DNA from: Octopus sinensis
Taxonomy: Eukaryota
Length of the DNA: 64,000 nt
Assembly: GCF_006345805.1 (NCBI RefSeq)
Contig: NC_042999.1
Span: forward strand, 31,930,001-31,994,000
Reading direction: 5' to 3'
A program made the position numbers and the translations under genes. The notes below the pieces were generated by a model. The model was not told the DNA's origin. It did no database searches and saw only the letters and a program-made list of their open reading frames with translations. Below are positions 11,196 to 25,357 of the stretch, one piece after another (within the stretch, counting starts at the first letter, position 1; every line of letters begins with the position of its first letter).

Positions 11196-14100
11196 ATCCG
11201 TCAATTGTAAATAATGCAAATAATGTCCATAATTCCATATTTCTTAAATATAGAATTGCAAGGCGTAAACAATGTATGTGTTATATACTCCGTGGATTCG
11301 AACTTGACACACGCATCAACAACGTGCATTACATCAAGCTGTAAGATATCTTCCAAGATTTTCAGTTTTCTCTTAATCAGTAACACACTCGTCGATAAGC
11401 ATACAACTACGATATATAACCACATATGGCGGCATACGTTTCTTCATTCATGTAGAATGTAGAGTCTTTCAAGATGTGCATTATAAAATCCTAATTTATT
11501 AGACACTTTTTTAATTTGAATTTATCGCATCATCCTATTGAATGCGTGGAACTGATATTAACCACATCAAATCATGATATATCTGAATTCAGACTTGATT
11601 TGACTTGGAGCTACAAACTTAAAACCCCTTGTTTGATACTCCATATCTTTCTCACTTGGTAAACTGTTGACATGTATATGCGTCAGTTTGACATTTATGT
11701 GCTTTTTCTAGTAAAATATTAACCACGAGCATCATAAAATATAAAAATATCAAACATGTATTCAGTTAAAATATACCAAACTTGTAGTATTAAATTCAGA
11801 TCATTCCTTTATATTTTATACACACCAGTTTCCTTTACCTCTGCATGTAAATAGACTGTCTCTTTTCTCTTCAAAGCTTTTACTTATATTTCACTTTCCT
11901 TTGCATATCTTTTACTTCACTGATTTCCCAACGTCCAAACATACAGCGATTTTGTCTCATAGTATAAGTATATATTTATATATTCTTCGGTCAGCTTTAC
12001 TAATACTGCTCCTAAAATAAGTCACACACAACACATCATATTTTGACAAGGGGCTAGTCGTATTCCGAGGAAGTATTTACGTCAAAAAATGTTATTTCAT
12101 TCTACTCTCTTAGTGCTATCAGGTAAGGCTTGTTATAACAAATAGTTTGGAATATTTTCTGGCAATATATTTAGTGTTCTTCTATCATATTTCTATTCAC
12201 TTTAAAGAAAACGAGGTCATTCATCTTACCGAATGACGATGCTAAACAACGTGCTCTTTTGCAGAAGTATTGAAATACATTACGATTACAGTCAACTGCA
12301 TATGTTCCTCTCTCTTTGAATATTTCAATTATATGTAACCACCTGTCAATAAACGATAGCATGAGCACCGTGTAAAGCAATGTGTTTTTGTTATATTGTG
12401 TATGGTCTATATCAAATTTCCAAGTGTCAGTAGAAAAAAAACTGATGGTGAAAATATCAAAATAAATGTACATAGATTGATGGGTAACAAGAGAGAGAGA
12501 GATAAATATAAATAGGTTTAGATAGAAAAAGCGAAGATAAATATATGCAATCTCCATCACAATATGCGTACACGGATAATCAGTCATTTATATACGTTTA
12601 GATATATAGTTATCTACATGTAAATATTCGTACACATAATTCTATAAAGGAAAAAAATCACAGAGACAATCAAAATGTAAAGTGTTGTGAAATACTTTAC
12701 ATTTACCACACACCCAGACAAAAAAGGAAAGGAAGAAATAAGATGGAGCATAACCAAAAAAGAAAAAAAGAAGAACGAAGAGAAGAAGGGAAAAGTATGA
12801 AAACTACGAATATCGAAATTTTCAATAAAAGTGAGCGAATGAAAAATTACTTACGAAAACTACCAGACATAAATCATAGACAGGAGTAAAAAGAAATTGA
12901 AAGACTGAACCATGTGTAGAATGAGAATTTAATAATAAGAATGCACACAAAAGAAACAAGTTGAAAGAAATATATGTTCCGTCGAAGACATGTGGATAAT
13001 ATAGCTCGTAACTAACTTGTACATAAAGAAATGGAAAAAATATGTAGTGTAATCAAACCTCCGGTGTCTTTCTATATATTCTCGATTCTATAACAACACT
13101 GACGTAAATATATTGTTGATTAATATCAACCACATTTACATCCTTTATTAATGCTGTCTTCTCGATTTACGAAAAAAAAATGTAAATATACATCAGAGAA
13201 TTGAAATAAGAAAACGATAAAAACAAATCTTTCTCAGTGAAATCGGTCAACATGTAGAAGAAATAATGAAGTTCATAATAATAAAAAGAATGTATGATGC
13301 AATAATTTCTGTTTCTACCCTCTATAACACAAATTGTTATGCAATTTCGACGTTAATTAAATCTTTTACAGAAACCAAAAGTGACATATTTATGATAAAT
13401 ATTCCAAATCGTTAACGGTACCCATTTGTTTTCTCCGTTTGATCGCTGGAAAATGAAAACAAAAATATTTTTTTAGATTTATCAGGGATATGACGTCAAC
13501 AAAAAATCAAATGTGGTAATCGCATTGAAGAAATTTAATGTGCGTCGTCACAATATATTCGTTAAATTTTATGTTCTGTAAATATGCTGTTTCCTTTTGA
13601 TCGCGTTTTTTTTTATTCAGAAATATTAAATGTATCACAAATAGCATACAAAGTTCAGCTTAGACTGGCAAAATGTGAGAACTTTATTGTTGGTAATATA
13701 AAATTTGAACATTTTTAGGTTATTTGCTGGGCACAAATATCGGTTAGATTGTATGTTATAATATCAAGCAAACATACGTGTGTGTATGAGGAAAGAAAAT
13801 ATATGTATGTGAGATATGTATTACATTTTTGTATAAAAGAGTCACGTACAAGCTCTGATAGTATTAATGTTATGTAATGAATTATATCAGTTTGGCTAAC
13901 GGTTTATTTAATCAACCCTGGAGGAATTAAAGCCGATTTCGACCATGCTTATTTATCATCTACTTCCTATATACAATTTGTCATGTCTGTTGATGGATAA
14001 CAAACCCTTAGATGTTAATTCAGTAGGTAAACTATGGTAATTTATATTGCGAGGAAATATATCTGGTTTTACTTATATTGATATATCTCCCACCAAAATT

Positions 14101-14550
14101 GAAAATATATTAACGGTTACTTTCACAAATGTTCTGGCGTGATGAATATAGCACATATCTTTGCTAACATTTAGTCGGTTGCGAAGGCAGTGATCTGGCA
14201 GAATTATTAAGTCACGGGACAAAATACTAGGCCTCATTTTACCGTCTTCATGTTTTTTTTTATTATATTCTACTGAGGTCGACAGTTTCTATCGTCCTTT
14301 CATGATCGATAAATTAAATCCCTAATCGATAACTGCCGTGGATAAAACTGACATGTCCCCTCCCTTAAACCTGCTGGCTTTGTAGCAAAATTTGAAAGCG
14401 GTATCAAGTCGGTAACCGTTTCATATAATAGGTTCTGTATCAAAATATAAACGAACGGAAACCAGTCTTGAAATGAAAGCATTGCCATCAAGACATCCAA
14501 TTCCAGTTGTTATATAAGCTATATGTTTGTCGGAAAGAGTGAATTAGATA

Positions 14551-14593
14551 GGTGTTGATGAAGGGGCAAAACCCGAAATATGGCATATACACT
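14551..14593 (+). ncRNA. Type I hammerhead ribozyme relic (PLE-like)
   Basis: GGTG | TTGATGA | A-GGG gcaaaa CCC | GAAA | TATG-G-CATA | TA | CACT; stems I, II and a palindromic stem III are all present. Confidence 0.45.
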
Positions 14594-15674
14594 GTTTTGT
14601 GGTGGACACCCCCAAGTGAGAAGTGCGCTGTTCCACTACAGAGAGTGGACAGACACAGTAAGCTGTGTCAGTCGGCAAGGTACGCCATACGCGCCAGTCA
14701 CGCCGACAACGGCACATATCAATGGAGGAGAAGAGTCGAACTACATGCAATGCAGATAAGACTAACACAGAACTGAGTTACACACAGGGAAAATAAATAT
14801 AAACAATGAGAAAGTGAAAATATATATGAATTCTATTGAAAAAAGATTCTGAAGAAAAAAAGATCTCATAAAACTGGAACTCAAACAGAGAACTGAACTA
14901 CACACAGTGAAAAATTTAAGTCAGGTCGCTATGTCTATTAGCGCTACCGGTAAACAATGTAAACTGGTACTATCTGAGGCATTCTAAAGAGAAAAACAAT
15001 TTTGTGTGGAAGAATAAATAGTAATGATAAAATATCCGCGTGAAGGACTTCAGTAAGGGTGCTATATGTTAGTATGTTGCTATGTCAGGTCGCTATGTTG
15101 TAGCAGTGTCTCTGGTAAACGGTGTAGACTTGTACTACCTGCGGCATGCTGAAGCAAGCAGTGTCGGTCGGCGATGTACGTGGTACGGACCAGTCACAGA
15201 GACGTCAGAAGTTACGTCGTCATAATGTGGGACATATCACACTCATTACTCCATTTTTGTTCCCGATCTCATTGTTTGTTTACTTCTGACGTCTCCATGC
15301 GAAAAGTTGTATCAAACATCAGTGCTGGCTATAATTTCTGCAGAAACAACCTGAACACACTAATGTAAAGAGCACTGCTAACACAGCAGAACGTGGTATT
15401 GTGTCATAAAAGCATTTGATATACTTTATAGAATATTATGGTTGCATAATATTATACCAGTAATAGTTTTAAATATTTTTCAACTTGATGACTCCAGAGA
15501 TAGGAATATTCAAATATAGTCGTGAATTGAATGTGCTTATGGAAACTTCGAACAAGTGATGGAGAGGAGCTTCAAGATAACCCAACATAGTTATGTTTGA
15601 ACTCGTGCCGTCAGATTAGAATAAAATATAATTTTTTTAATTAGTTTGAAGGGAGCAATATATTGATATTTTTT

Positions 15675-16279
15675 ATCTTTTATCTTTTACTTGTTTCTGC
15701 GGTTAGCTTGAGTATCACCTTAAAGGGTTTTAGTTGAACAAATCGATGTCTAGGACTTATTGTTAACCCTAGTATATATTCTGTCAGTCGCATGCCAAAT
15801 CTCTAAAGTCCTTGGATGTAAACATATCAACACCGGTTGTCAAAAGCGGCGGTGATGGACAGACATATTCATACACACACACACACTCGTGCCGTTAGTA
15901 ATTATTCAGGATAGGCAGTTGGTAACCTTTATGCAGTGAAACACAAGGAATAAGCGAAATACAGGCGTGTGACTGAGTTGAAGGCAGATTTACGTCTGCC
16001 TTTATAGCACGTAAATAATATGTTGCTGTAGGAATGTACACACTACGTGTACTAGAGCAGCACTATGCATAGCTTAAAAAGTGAGATTGAAAGGCAGGGC
16101 CGAATTATACCTACCTAAGCTACAACGAAATAAAATACTTTGCAGTTTATGCATAGTAGTCAAAGTGATCGTCATAATTTCATTGAATTAAGTGCATATA
16201 TTTCCATAAAAGGAAAATATTATCGATCTATTTTAGTCAAGCTAAGCACTGGCTATTGTGGTTACGTAGGCGGCACATC

Positions 16280-16351
<72 letters not shown>

Positions 16352-16512
16352 ACGGCAGACTTCTTAAAGTTGCCTTTTACCAATCCACTAATAAGGCTTT
16401 GGTCGGCCCGAAGCTATAGTAAAAAATATACATTTGCTGAAGATGTCACGCAATGAGACTGAACCCGGAAACATGCGGAGAGAAAGCACGTTTCATACCA
16501 TACAGCCAGCTC
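15675..16512 (-). mobile_element. Degraded SINE family A split at its internal microsatellite by ~390 bp of unrelated sequence
   Basis: Tail half at 15675-15890; head half at ~16330-16512 after a (TA)n array. Confidence 0.6.
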
Positions 16513-16599
16513 AAGTAACGCTGAACAGCTTTCAGGATGAAGAAAAAACGTAGTCCTCGTGTACATTTTACTATGAAGCTGACTTTGCTAAATTTGTAA

Positions 16600-17870
16600 C
16601 AAATTTATAACAAAAATTTCTCCATCACGTCACATTTTCTTGTAAATTATCGATTTAAAAACTATGTAATTTATAGCGTGTTTGTTAACCTACATTTTAG
16701 TATTTAGTTCACTGCTTATAAGACGTCTCAGGTTTCAGCAAAGTCCACTATACTATCGCAATGGGATATTTGGTGCTTTCCCAGAATTCCTTTGCATAAT
16801 CATTGTATGCATGCCATGCTACTAGCTCAACCATTGCCACTTCGAAATCCTCATCAGCTATGTTGACGAATCTGAGGGCCTACGAATATGCCCTTTTTAA
16901 TCTGGCCATAAATTATTTTAGGGAACATCACCTTGAGGTCCTGGAAACACGGATTATCATGTTGCAGTGCTTTGGTAAATTGCTTCATTAAGCCTACCTT
17001 TATATGAAATGGTGGTAAAACGATTTTCTCCTTAACAAGTGGCTCATAATTTACATCATGGTATCTAAGTGTCATAGATACCATGATGCAAATCATAGGC
17101 GACGAGCTTGCAGAAACGTTAGCACGCTGGGCGAAATGCCTAGCCGTAATCCGTCTGCCGTTACGTTATGAGTTCAAATTCCGACGAGGTCGACTTTGCC
17201 TTTCAACCTTTCAGGGTCGATAAATTAAGTACCAGTTACACACTGGGGTCGATGTAATCAACTTAATCCGTGTGTCTGTCCTTGTTTGTCCCCTCTGTGT
17301 TTAGCTCCTTGTGGGTGTCATAGTTTCACGAGGTGGCCATTCTGAGTGTACATAATATCTGATCAGGCACTACTGTGTCTCTTGCAAACGAAGCACAAAA
17401 TCTTGGTGTATCCAGGGTGTAGTCGATTAAGTATGGGTACTACATTCAAGTCCGCACAAATTATCTTCCCATGCTCCTTATCGCTTATGCCGTCTAGAAT
17501 AAAAGCTAACGACTCATATGTCACCCATTAAATGACTGAGTGAGCAATTGGAACTGAAGGCATGATGTTCTCAATGTGCTACAGAACCGTTTAAATGTTG
17601 TAAAGGGATGCATTTATGAATAACCTCCACCCATTTGGTTCATAGCAAAGCTCAAGTTCATTGAATTGGTATCTGATATCATTACAATTAAGGAAGTTGT
17701 TTTCCAGTGAAGAATTGCTGTAGATTTGCAGAAAGCTTCCTAAATACTCTAATTCGAGCATCTTTATCCAACAAGGTTCGATTGTTGCAGACGTGTGGCC
17801 GGGTCTTCACGAACTAGACCATTGAGTTCAGGTTGGGTGATGAGATGTGGTTTCTTGCCAGATTCACCGC
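16600..17870 (-). mobile_element. Chapaev-like (CMC superfamily) transposase relic, interrupted by a SINE
   Basis: PHLITQPELNGLVR, WRLFINAS, PSVPIAHSV, ICADL..GYTK.LCF.C, LPPFHIKVGLMKQFTKAL and GIFVGPQIR in collinear order; superfamily assignment from recalled motifs. Confidence 0.7.
17098..17317 (+). mobile_element. SINE family B, full head, inserted into the Chapaev relic
   Basis: Head ggcgacgagcttgcagaaacgttagc; gtgtcatag is duplicated at 17069-17077 and 17315-17323. Confidence 0.9.
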
Positions 17871-19068
17871 GGACTTGGACCCATATAACAATAAAGATAT
17901 TGGATGTACTTTTATAATTTTCATAGTTTAGGCTGAACTCATTTCATAACTTTTAGAGTTGTAAGATTTGGCCTAATCCTGATTGTACTCAATTCCTACG
18001 TAATAAAAATGGTAATTTGCGTGAACCTGGAGGGTCACATCAAGAAAAGAATTTTATTTTCGTAATTTACACACAAAATACCCCTATTTTATTTCCGTTA
18101 TTTTCATTATTGTTCTATAGGGTAATTGAGTATTCTAAAATATTCCTACTCTCCATGCGTATATTACTGATTGGTCCTGTGAAATAAAAACCGAAACCTT
18201 TAAGGAACGAATTAATTGTACACAAGTTATAAAAGCAGAGCAAATGGAAAGACGAAGATATGTGTAATTAAATAAGTAAAACTCTCAAAATTAGCATTTT
18301 TAGTGGCAAGCGTCTCTATTCAAAGGTCCATGATTACAGGAATGTTTCTGTAAAAACATAAAGATAATGCTTAGTTGAATTACATACATGTGCGTTTAGG
18401 TGCCTTTTGGTGAGTATTTATGTGGATGTAGGAGTGTTTATGCATGTGTGTATATGTAAGTGTGTGTGTGATTTTCTAAAAGTACGGGTAACTCTTGCTA
18501 TAACAATCCACTGAGTTGATAATAAAACACTGTTAACAACAATTAGCAGAATAGCTAAACATTGGGCACCGTGTGAATAGCATTTTTCATTGAAATATGT
18601 CAAGCATAATAGGAAGTATAATTTAATAAATTACATTAATTAATCAATATTACATTCACATTTAATTATTGATTTGTTTGCACACTCACCCCAGGCTGCA
18701 CCTCTTTAACTGCTTTTGTATATATTAGTGTGGACATTCTTGGAGCACACATTATTAGTAACATAATTCTATACGTTACTATAAATGTAGTAAGAATCTC
18801 TATAGAAAGTTGTGTTTACAAAATAGAGAAAAAATGCTGTGCACAGAAATATTGGTGCGTTGTTTCAGGCAATCATAATGAAAATTTTAGAAGTCTTCAT
18901 ATCGCTAGAGAAACCAAACAGGATAGTTCATATGTTTGCGGATAAATAACAAATATTTGAAACTTTACAAAGTTCTAACATGTATTGAGACACTAGACAC
19001 ATTTGATTTGGAATGGCTTCATATTAGATAATGGTGTTGATGAAGAAAATGACGACGACGATAATAAA

Positions 19069-19149
<81 letters not shown>

Positions 19150-19177
19150 CAGAAACATTATATATACATTATGTAAA

Positions 19178-19489
19178 TTACCGTGATCACCGTGACCGAC
19201 CAGGCTATCAGATGTTGCTACACATCGCTGGTCACAATGCGCTTCGCATTGTTTTAGCCTTCAAATGACGCCACCTCGTTGGCTAAGCGAGCAGGCTAAC
19301 AGAAGAAAGAGTGGGAGAAAGTTGTGGCGAAAGAGTACGATATGGATCACCACTACCCCCTGCCGTAGCCTCGTTGAGCTTTAGGTGTTTTCGCTCAATA
19401 AACACTCACAAGGCCCGGTTTGGGAATCGAAACCGCGATCCTACAACCGCGAGTTCGCTGCCCTAACCACTAGGCCATTGCACCTCCAC
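19178..19489 (-). mobile_element. SINE family C with an alternative 3' tail
   Basis: Head and core match 7437-7738 but the 3' ~130 bp are unrelated; an (AAT)n array lies upstream at ~19070-19149. Confidence 0.85.
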
Positions 19490-19855
19490 ACATTATGTAA
19501 ATACATGTACAAAACTCTCCTCCGCCACATACTGCAATTTCACACTTACATTGTCTCTCTCTCACACTCTGACTCTCTCTCACTCTGATTCTCTCTCTCT
19601 CTCACTCTCTCTGTCTCTCTCTCTCTCTCTCTTTCGCCTACTGTGTCTGTGATTATGTCATTGAACACTGATTTATATGTACATACAATATTCTTAAAGG
19701 CTTCAATTTATAGAACAACACTCTCGTGCTCAACAAGGCGCTTCCCCAACTTTACTCTGAGTAGATGCAAACCATCGAACCTACTCCCTGCAACGGTCCC
19801 ATATATATTTTTCTCTCTCCTCCTGTCAAGCTCCATTTCTTTTCCTTTTTTAGCC

Positions 19856-20050
19856 TTCCCTTCTTCTTCTTCTTCTTCTTCTTGTTCTTGTTCTTCTTCT
19901 TCTTCTTCTTCTTCTTCTTCTTCTCCTCCTCCTCCTCCTCCTCCTCCTCCTTCTTCTTCTTCTTCTCCTCCTTCTTCTTCTTCTTCTTCTTCGTCTACAT
20001 GCTCTCCTTCTACTTGCTGTTCGTCTTCCTCTTCTACTTTTTCTTCTTTT
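19856..20050. repeat. Compound (CTT)n/(CCT)n trinucleotide array
   Basis: Directly visible; produces the poly-E/S/F/R ORFs in all frames. Confidence 0.9.
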
Positions 20051-20934
20051 GTTATGTCTGCGTGTCCGCAAAAACTTCTACCTAGGCACGTGACAGTTGC
20101 TCCTTTCCCACCATCATAACTGGAGCCGTGAAATTGAAGAACCAAAGTTGGATCATCACAGAGAGCATATTTCATGAGGAGAGTTTTTTTTTCTCCGCAT
20201 TTAATTACTTTCCAGGACGAAAAAAGGCACGTCTATGGCGAATGAATTCTAAGGAGCATACGGCCATCCAAATAGCTTTTATTTCTTAGTGTACTACCGA
20301 TGAAGCCATTACTCATTAGCAGGACAGTAATAACAATAATAATGAGTAACCTGAAAAATAAAATCAACCATCACGCTTTCATAAAGTTAAATGTAATACA
20401 GAGTGAAGAGTGTTTCTTTTGCCTTGCATGACAACCCCATAGATGTGATGTCTCGGTACAAAAAAAAAATGAAAGAAAAAAAACCGGTGGTTGTGACACC
20501 TCAAACAGTCCTCTTTATATCTGTCTAATGCCAAATAAAACAATAGGAATTATTTTACAAATGTGAACAAAGGACTCGTTCCGTATCACGGAGCAAATGT
20601 TTTCAGACCCCAAATGTTTGATCGTGAAAGGCAGTGGCTATCCAAACTGGAACACTGAAAGGACGTGAACGTGACTACACTGAATATGAGGAAAGAAAAG
20701 CCAAACAAAATCATGGTTTAGTGTTCGAAGTAATATACTAAAAAAGAAGAAACTGCACGAAATTAAGGTAAATTTTACTTTCTGAAGAAAAGGACTATCA
20801 AAGAGGAAGGAAGAAGCTTACAACTATACCTCATTGAATCACAAAACTGTGAAGGAAAGCGGGATACTAGTTTTAAGAGGAATCAAAACTATATGATCTA
20901 CACCAAAAACTTCGCATATGTAATCGGACTCATA

Positions 20935-22224
20935 CGAGGGGCGTTCAATAAGTAATGCCTCTGAGCCACTTGCAGTTGTTCAATCTTGCTGAAATTTATC
21001 ATGCGCACTTATTTCTACCTCTATAGATTAAGTAGCGAATTACAGCTCTGAACTAATTGTGGTTTCTGATTTACAGGTGTTTGAACTGAGTCAAGTGTGA
21101 AATGGAGCCTGTTGAGTGTCGAGCAGTGATCTGGTTTTTGTATTTGAAAGGACGCACACCACGGGAGACTTTTGATGAAATGAAAGTAACTTATGGTGAT
21201 GATGCCCCATCATATGACATTGTAAAACGCTGGCATTGTGAATTCAAACATAGTCGGAACTCTGTGGAAACAGCTCCCAGATCTGGTCGCCCCCTTCTGC
21301 CGTTGATGAGACGTCTGTCCGTCAAGTTGAGGCTGCCATTTTGGAAGGTCAACGCATAACTATTCGCTAAATAGCCCATAAAGTCAAGATTAGTACCGGG
21401 TCTGTGGAAACTATCATTCATGACCATTTGCATATGAAAAAGGTGTCTGCCAGATGGATTTCCAGGTTGCTCACACCTTTCCAGAAGCAAGAACGCGTTG
21501 AGTGCTCGAGGGTGAATTTGGAGATATGCCAAGAAGATGAGTCAAAATTTTTCAAAAGTCTGATCACACAGGATGAAACCTGGGTCCATCACTATGATCC
21601 ATAGACCAAAGCCCAGTCAATGCAGTGAAAGCACCGTGACTCACCTCCTCCAAAGAAGGCAAGGGTGCAGCCCTCCGCTGACAAGGTTATGCTCAAAGTC
21701 TTCTGGGACCAGGACGGAGTAGTGATGACAGATTTCCTGGCAAAGGGTACCACAATTACAGGAGCCTATTATGCTTCACTTTTGAGGAAATTAAGAGAAG
21801 CTATCAAAATCAAGAAGCGGGGCAAGATCAGCAAAGGCATCCTCCTCCTGCAGGACAACGCTCCGGTCCACAACTCGCGTGTCGCCAGATCAGAAGCACA
21901 GGCGTGCGGCTATGAACTCCTCCCCATCCCCCTACTCTTCTGACCTTGCACCTTCTGATTTTCACCTCTTCCCAGCCATGAAGTTGTTTTTGAAAGGAAA
22001 GCGTTTCCCAGATGATGCAGCCTTGATTTCTGAAGTCACATCGTGGTTGGAGGACCAAGCTGGGGTCTTCTACAAAAACGGTCTCCAGAGCTGTATCAAA
22101 CGATGGGAGAAATGCATAACTCTGGGTAGTTTCAATGTAGGAAAAGACTAATAACTGTGCCAAGTGTCGTTGCTCTACTGCTATGGGAAGGGGGTCAGGG
22201 GCATTACTTATTGAACGCCCCTCG
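20935..22224 (+). mobile_element. Full-length mariner (DD34D) transposon, 1290 bp
   Basis: TIR cgaggggcgttcaataagtaatgcc at both ends; TA duplication at 20933-20934 and 22225-22226. Confidence 0.95.
21102..22151 (+). pseudogene. Mariner transposase with frameshifts and stops
   Basis: VSARWISRLL, ITQDETWVHHYDP, LLQDNAPVH and YSSDLAPSDFHLF motifs split over several frames. Confidence 0.93.
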
Positions 22225-23416
22225 TATATGGTACAGTGACTGTCATATACTGAGCAGACTGAAGGGCCACAGAAATGTTTTAAAGAAAATTTCTCCCATC
22301 AATATAACATTTAATGCTGATTAGATTTAAAATAGTGAAAGTCGTTCAGGTGCAATGCTTTTTATTTCTTGAACATACTTAAACCATGACATTTGTTTTC
22401 ACTTTTTTAGTTGCACTAACTTTCAATAATATGGATAAACGTTTTCAGAGACTTATCAAGCTCGATACATGGGTCTGCTGCTTTTGCTGAACTAAATCTG
22501 ACCTTTGAAATAATGACTATACTGGAAATGTTGAAAATTAACATTTCAGTTATCGAAAAATCCTGACGTAATAAAACAAAATGGATTTTATCTATGTAAT
22601 CAGCGAACCCAAATTACTAAGAAACGTGTCTCCAACACCAGTCAACAAACCCATGTTTTCCAGTATAATTAAAAATTAACTGTAGCAATAAACTACAGAA
22701 TACAGACTTTATCTATTTCTAAATTTGTTTACATAAACATAAGCGCTGAACTTTTGGATTCCATATATAAGGGGATCAGAGCCTCTGCATTGGTATTTAT
22801 CCTGCTAAACACTGGAGACGTCGCATTCTCGAATCATTCATTATCGAATCAGCCTGATAAGAATGAGGCACTAAATAATGATGATCGATATATGAGGATA
22901 GATTCTCTGAGTGTCGACGAAGCGGTAAATAGTAGTGTTAGCGGCGAATTTTGAATATTAACGTAATATGTACTAAATAATAACGTAATATTTAATAAAT
23001 ACTGACGTAATGCTTACTAAATTCAGTCGCTCAATACAAGAAATACAGCATCTGCCGTTTAAGGAATTAGCAATTTAATGATTATATTCTTCACAAATTT
23101 GCATTTTAATATTAATATTTTCTCTCTACAAGGCAATCACACCTTGCGCTAAGAAGCCTGGGTACACGTCTTCGTTCCATATAACAAGGTTTCCCGCATT
23201 GGTTCAGTTATCTCGATGGGACATAATATGATATTGTAAATTAATTAAGTGTTTGGGTGCTCAGCATAATAGAATATCAATTGTACCGATCTGAGATACA
23301 GACGTTTATATTGGTATGTGGCTTGTCGGAAATAGAGCTCTGTATGACAACGATAAGTGATTAAAGCTTAAAAATTGAGACTAAAAATTGCATGATTTCA
23401 AAATTTGTGTTAACAG

Positions 23417-23588
23417 GACAATATTGTTACAAGTGTCTCATTCACGGCGGCTGGCTACCGTGCAGCTAAAATTTGGCTGCCATTTCTAACAGATAACTCG
23501 CACAACACTACTTCTTTACACCGCTGGCAACATTTTTGGTGATTATTTCTGAGAATATATAAATTCGTCTTTTTTTAGTTCGCATACA

Positions 23589-23647
<59 letters not shown>

Positions 23648-24326
23648 ACACACAAATATATAGAGATTTATATGTGTGCATGTGTGCGAAACAGGAAGTA
23701 GAAAGTTCTTGAATGTCTCGATCTTTAAATTTATGCTACCTATACTTTACATCCGTGTTCTCACAAAATTATATGTATCATTCCATTTACGAGAAGAAAA
23801 GTAATTTTGCAGTTAGATCTGCGTAATATTTATCTGTGACAGAATAGACGTTTTTAAATTACATACGTATTTCCAATCCCCACTTTGGAAATTTCTTAAT
23901 TTAGGTACCACCATCTTTACATTCACAGTAAGGCAAATATTATCTCATTAATTTCTAATATTTTAATTTGTTAGAATTCAAAAGGTGTTGATTAATGGGA
24001 GAACTTAAAATATGTAATAAACTTACAATTATATTTAGCAATTTACCTTTTTATATGTTTATTTTTTCTTTTTTTCTTTGGAAGATTTGGATATCGAAAA
24101 TTTAATGATGATAATCATTGAAAAAATATATGAAATATTTGTCATTAATGGTTTCAGAGAAATGCAGTCAAAGGAAATAAAATGCTGAGTACATACCTTT
24201 AACACACACGCATAAATATAATTAATTTAAGTATTTACGTTATCGACACTTAACATGTATTCTTCTCTCAGTTTCTACTTCCTGTCTCGCACACATACAC
24301 ACATATAAGTCTCTATATATTTGTGT

Positions 24327-24379
<53 letters not shown>

Positions 24380-24564
24380 TGTGTGTGTGAGTGTATGCGA
24401 AATAAAAAAAAGACGAATTTATATATTCTCAGAAATAATCACCAAAAATGTTGTCAGCGGTTTAAAGAAGTAGTGTTGTGCGAGTTATCTGTTAGAAATG
24501 GCAGCCAAATTTTAACTGCACGGTAGCCAGCCGCCGTGAATGAGACACTTGTGACAATATTGTC
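23417..24564. repeat. ~290-bp inverted repeat (23417-23704 / 24272-24564) with a 567-bp spacer
   Basis: Arms are reverse complements with few mismatches and include a CA/TG tract; no TSD found. Confidence 0.9.
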
Positions 24565-25276
24565 GAGGTGCCACCACACTAAAAGCAAACACAGACATGA
24601 TGCTCGATGCATGAAATCGTCGGCATAATATACACAAGTTTTGATTGGTAAATATACCCCGTATGACATTTAGTCAAACAATTCAGAACTAACATTTTGG
24701 ACAGATTGATGGCATCAGATCGTTTAATCTTTACCAGTATGACCCTTCTGCATTTTCCTGTTCTTCTTAATTTTCAAGTCACATACAATTAAAAAAAGAA
24801 TCATAATACTTTCCCTCCCTGTATGAAGAAAATAACTTCGTCACCCACTTTTACGCTTCCTTATTGACGAACTTCTTAAGTGTAAATATAATTTGACATT
24901 CTTGTCGTTAATATTTGCATCATTTTTCTATATTGGTAGTAGTTATGTTAGCCCCGACGTATTCTACGTTATCTGGCAGCAGTATTAACAGAAATACCTT
25001 ATTACATTGTACTCGGGTCGCTTCTTAAAGTATTTATGTCAAAATTTATTTGAGGTAAATATGACCATGAAAAAGTTATTGCTCAGCAAATTCCAAATCT
25101 TTTGATAATCGTTGTCCTCAGCACCAACAGGAACAAAGCAAAGAGTACGAAATTATGTTTATCCTACCACACTATTGATCAAAAGTATTTAAGTAGCCAT
25201 AAGCAAGATTGTAAACAGTCGAAATGTTATTGATTTTATTCTTTTATTCCGAATGATACACAGCAACAGAAATACA

Positions 25277-25357
<81 letters not shown>

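Noticed and set aside
19643-20175. Acidic or poly-Ser/Arg/Phe ORFs of 73-158 aa
   Set aside because: All frames are held open by the CTT/CCT microsatellite; the flanks show no protein motif or splice support.
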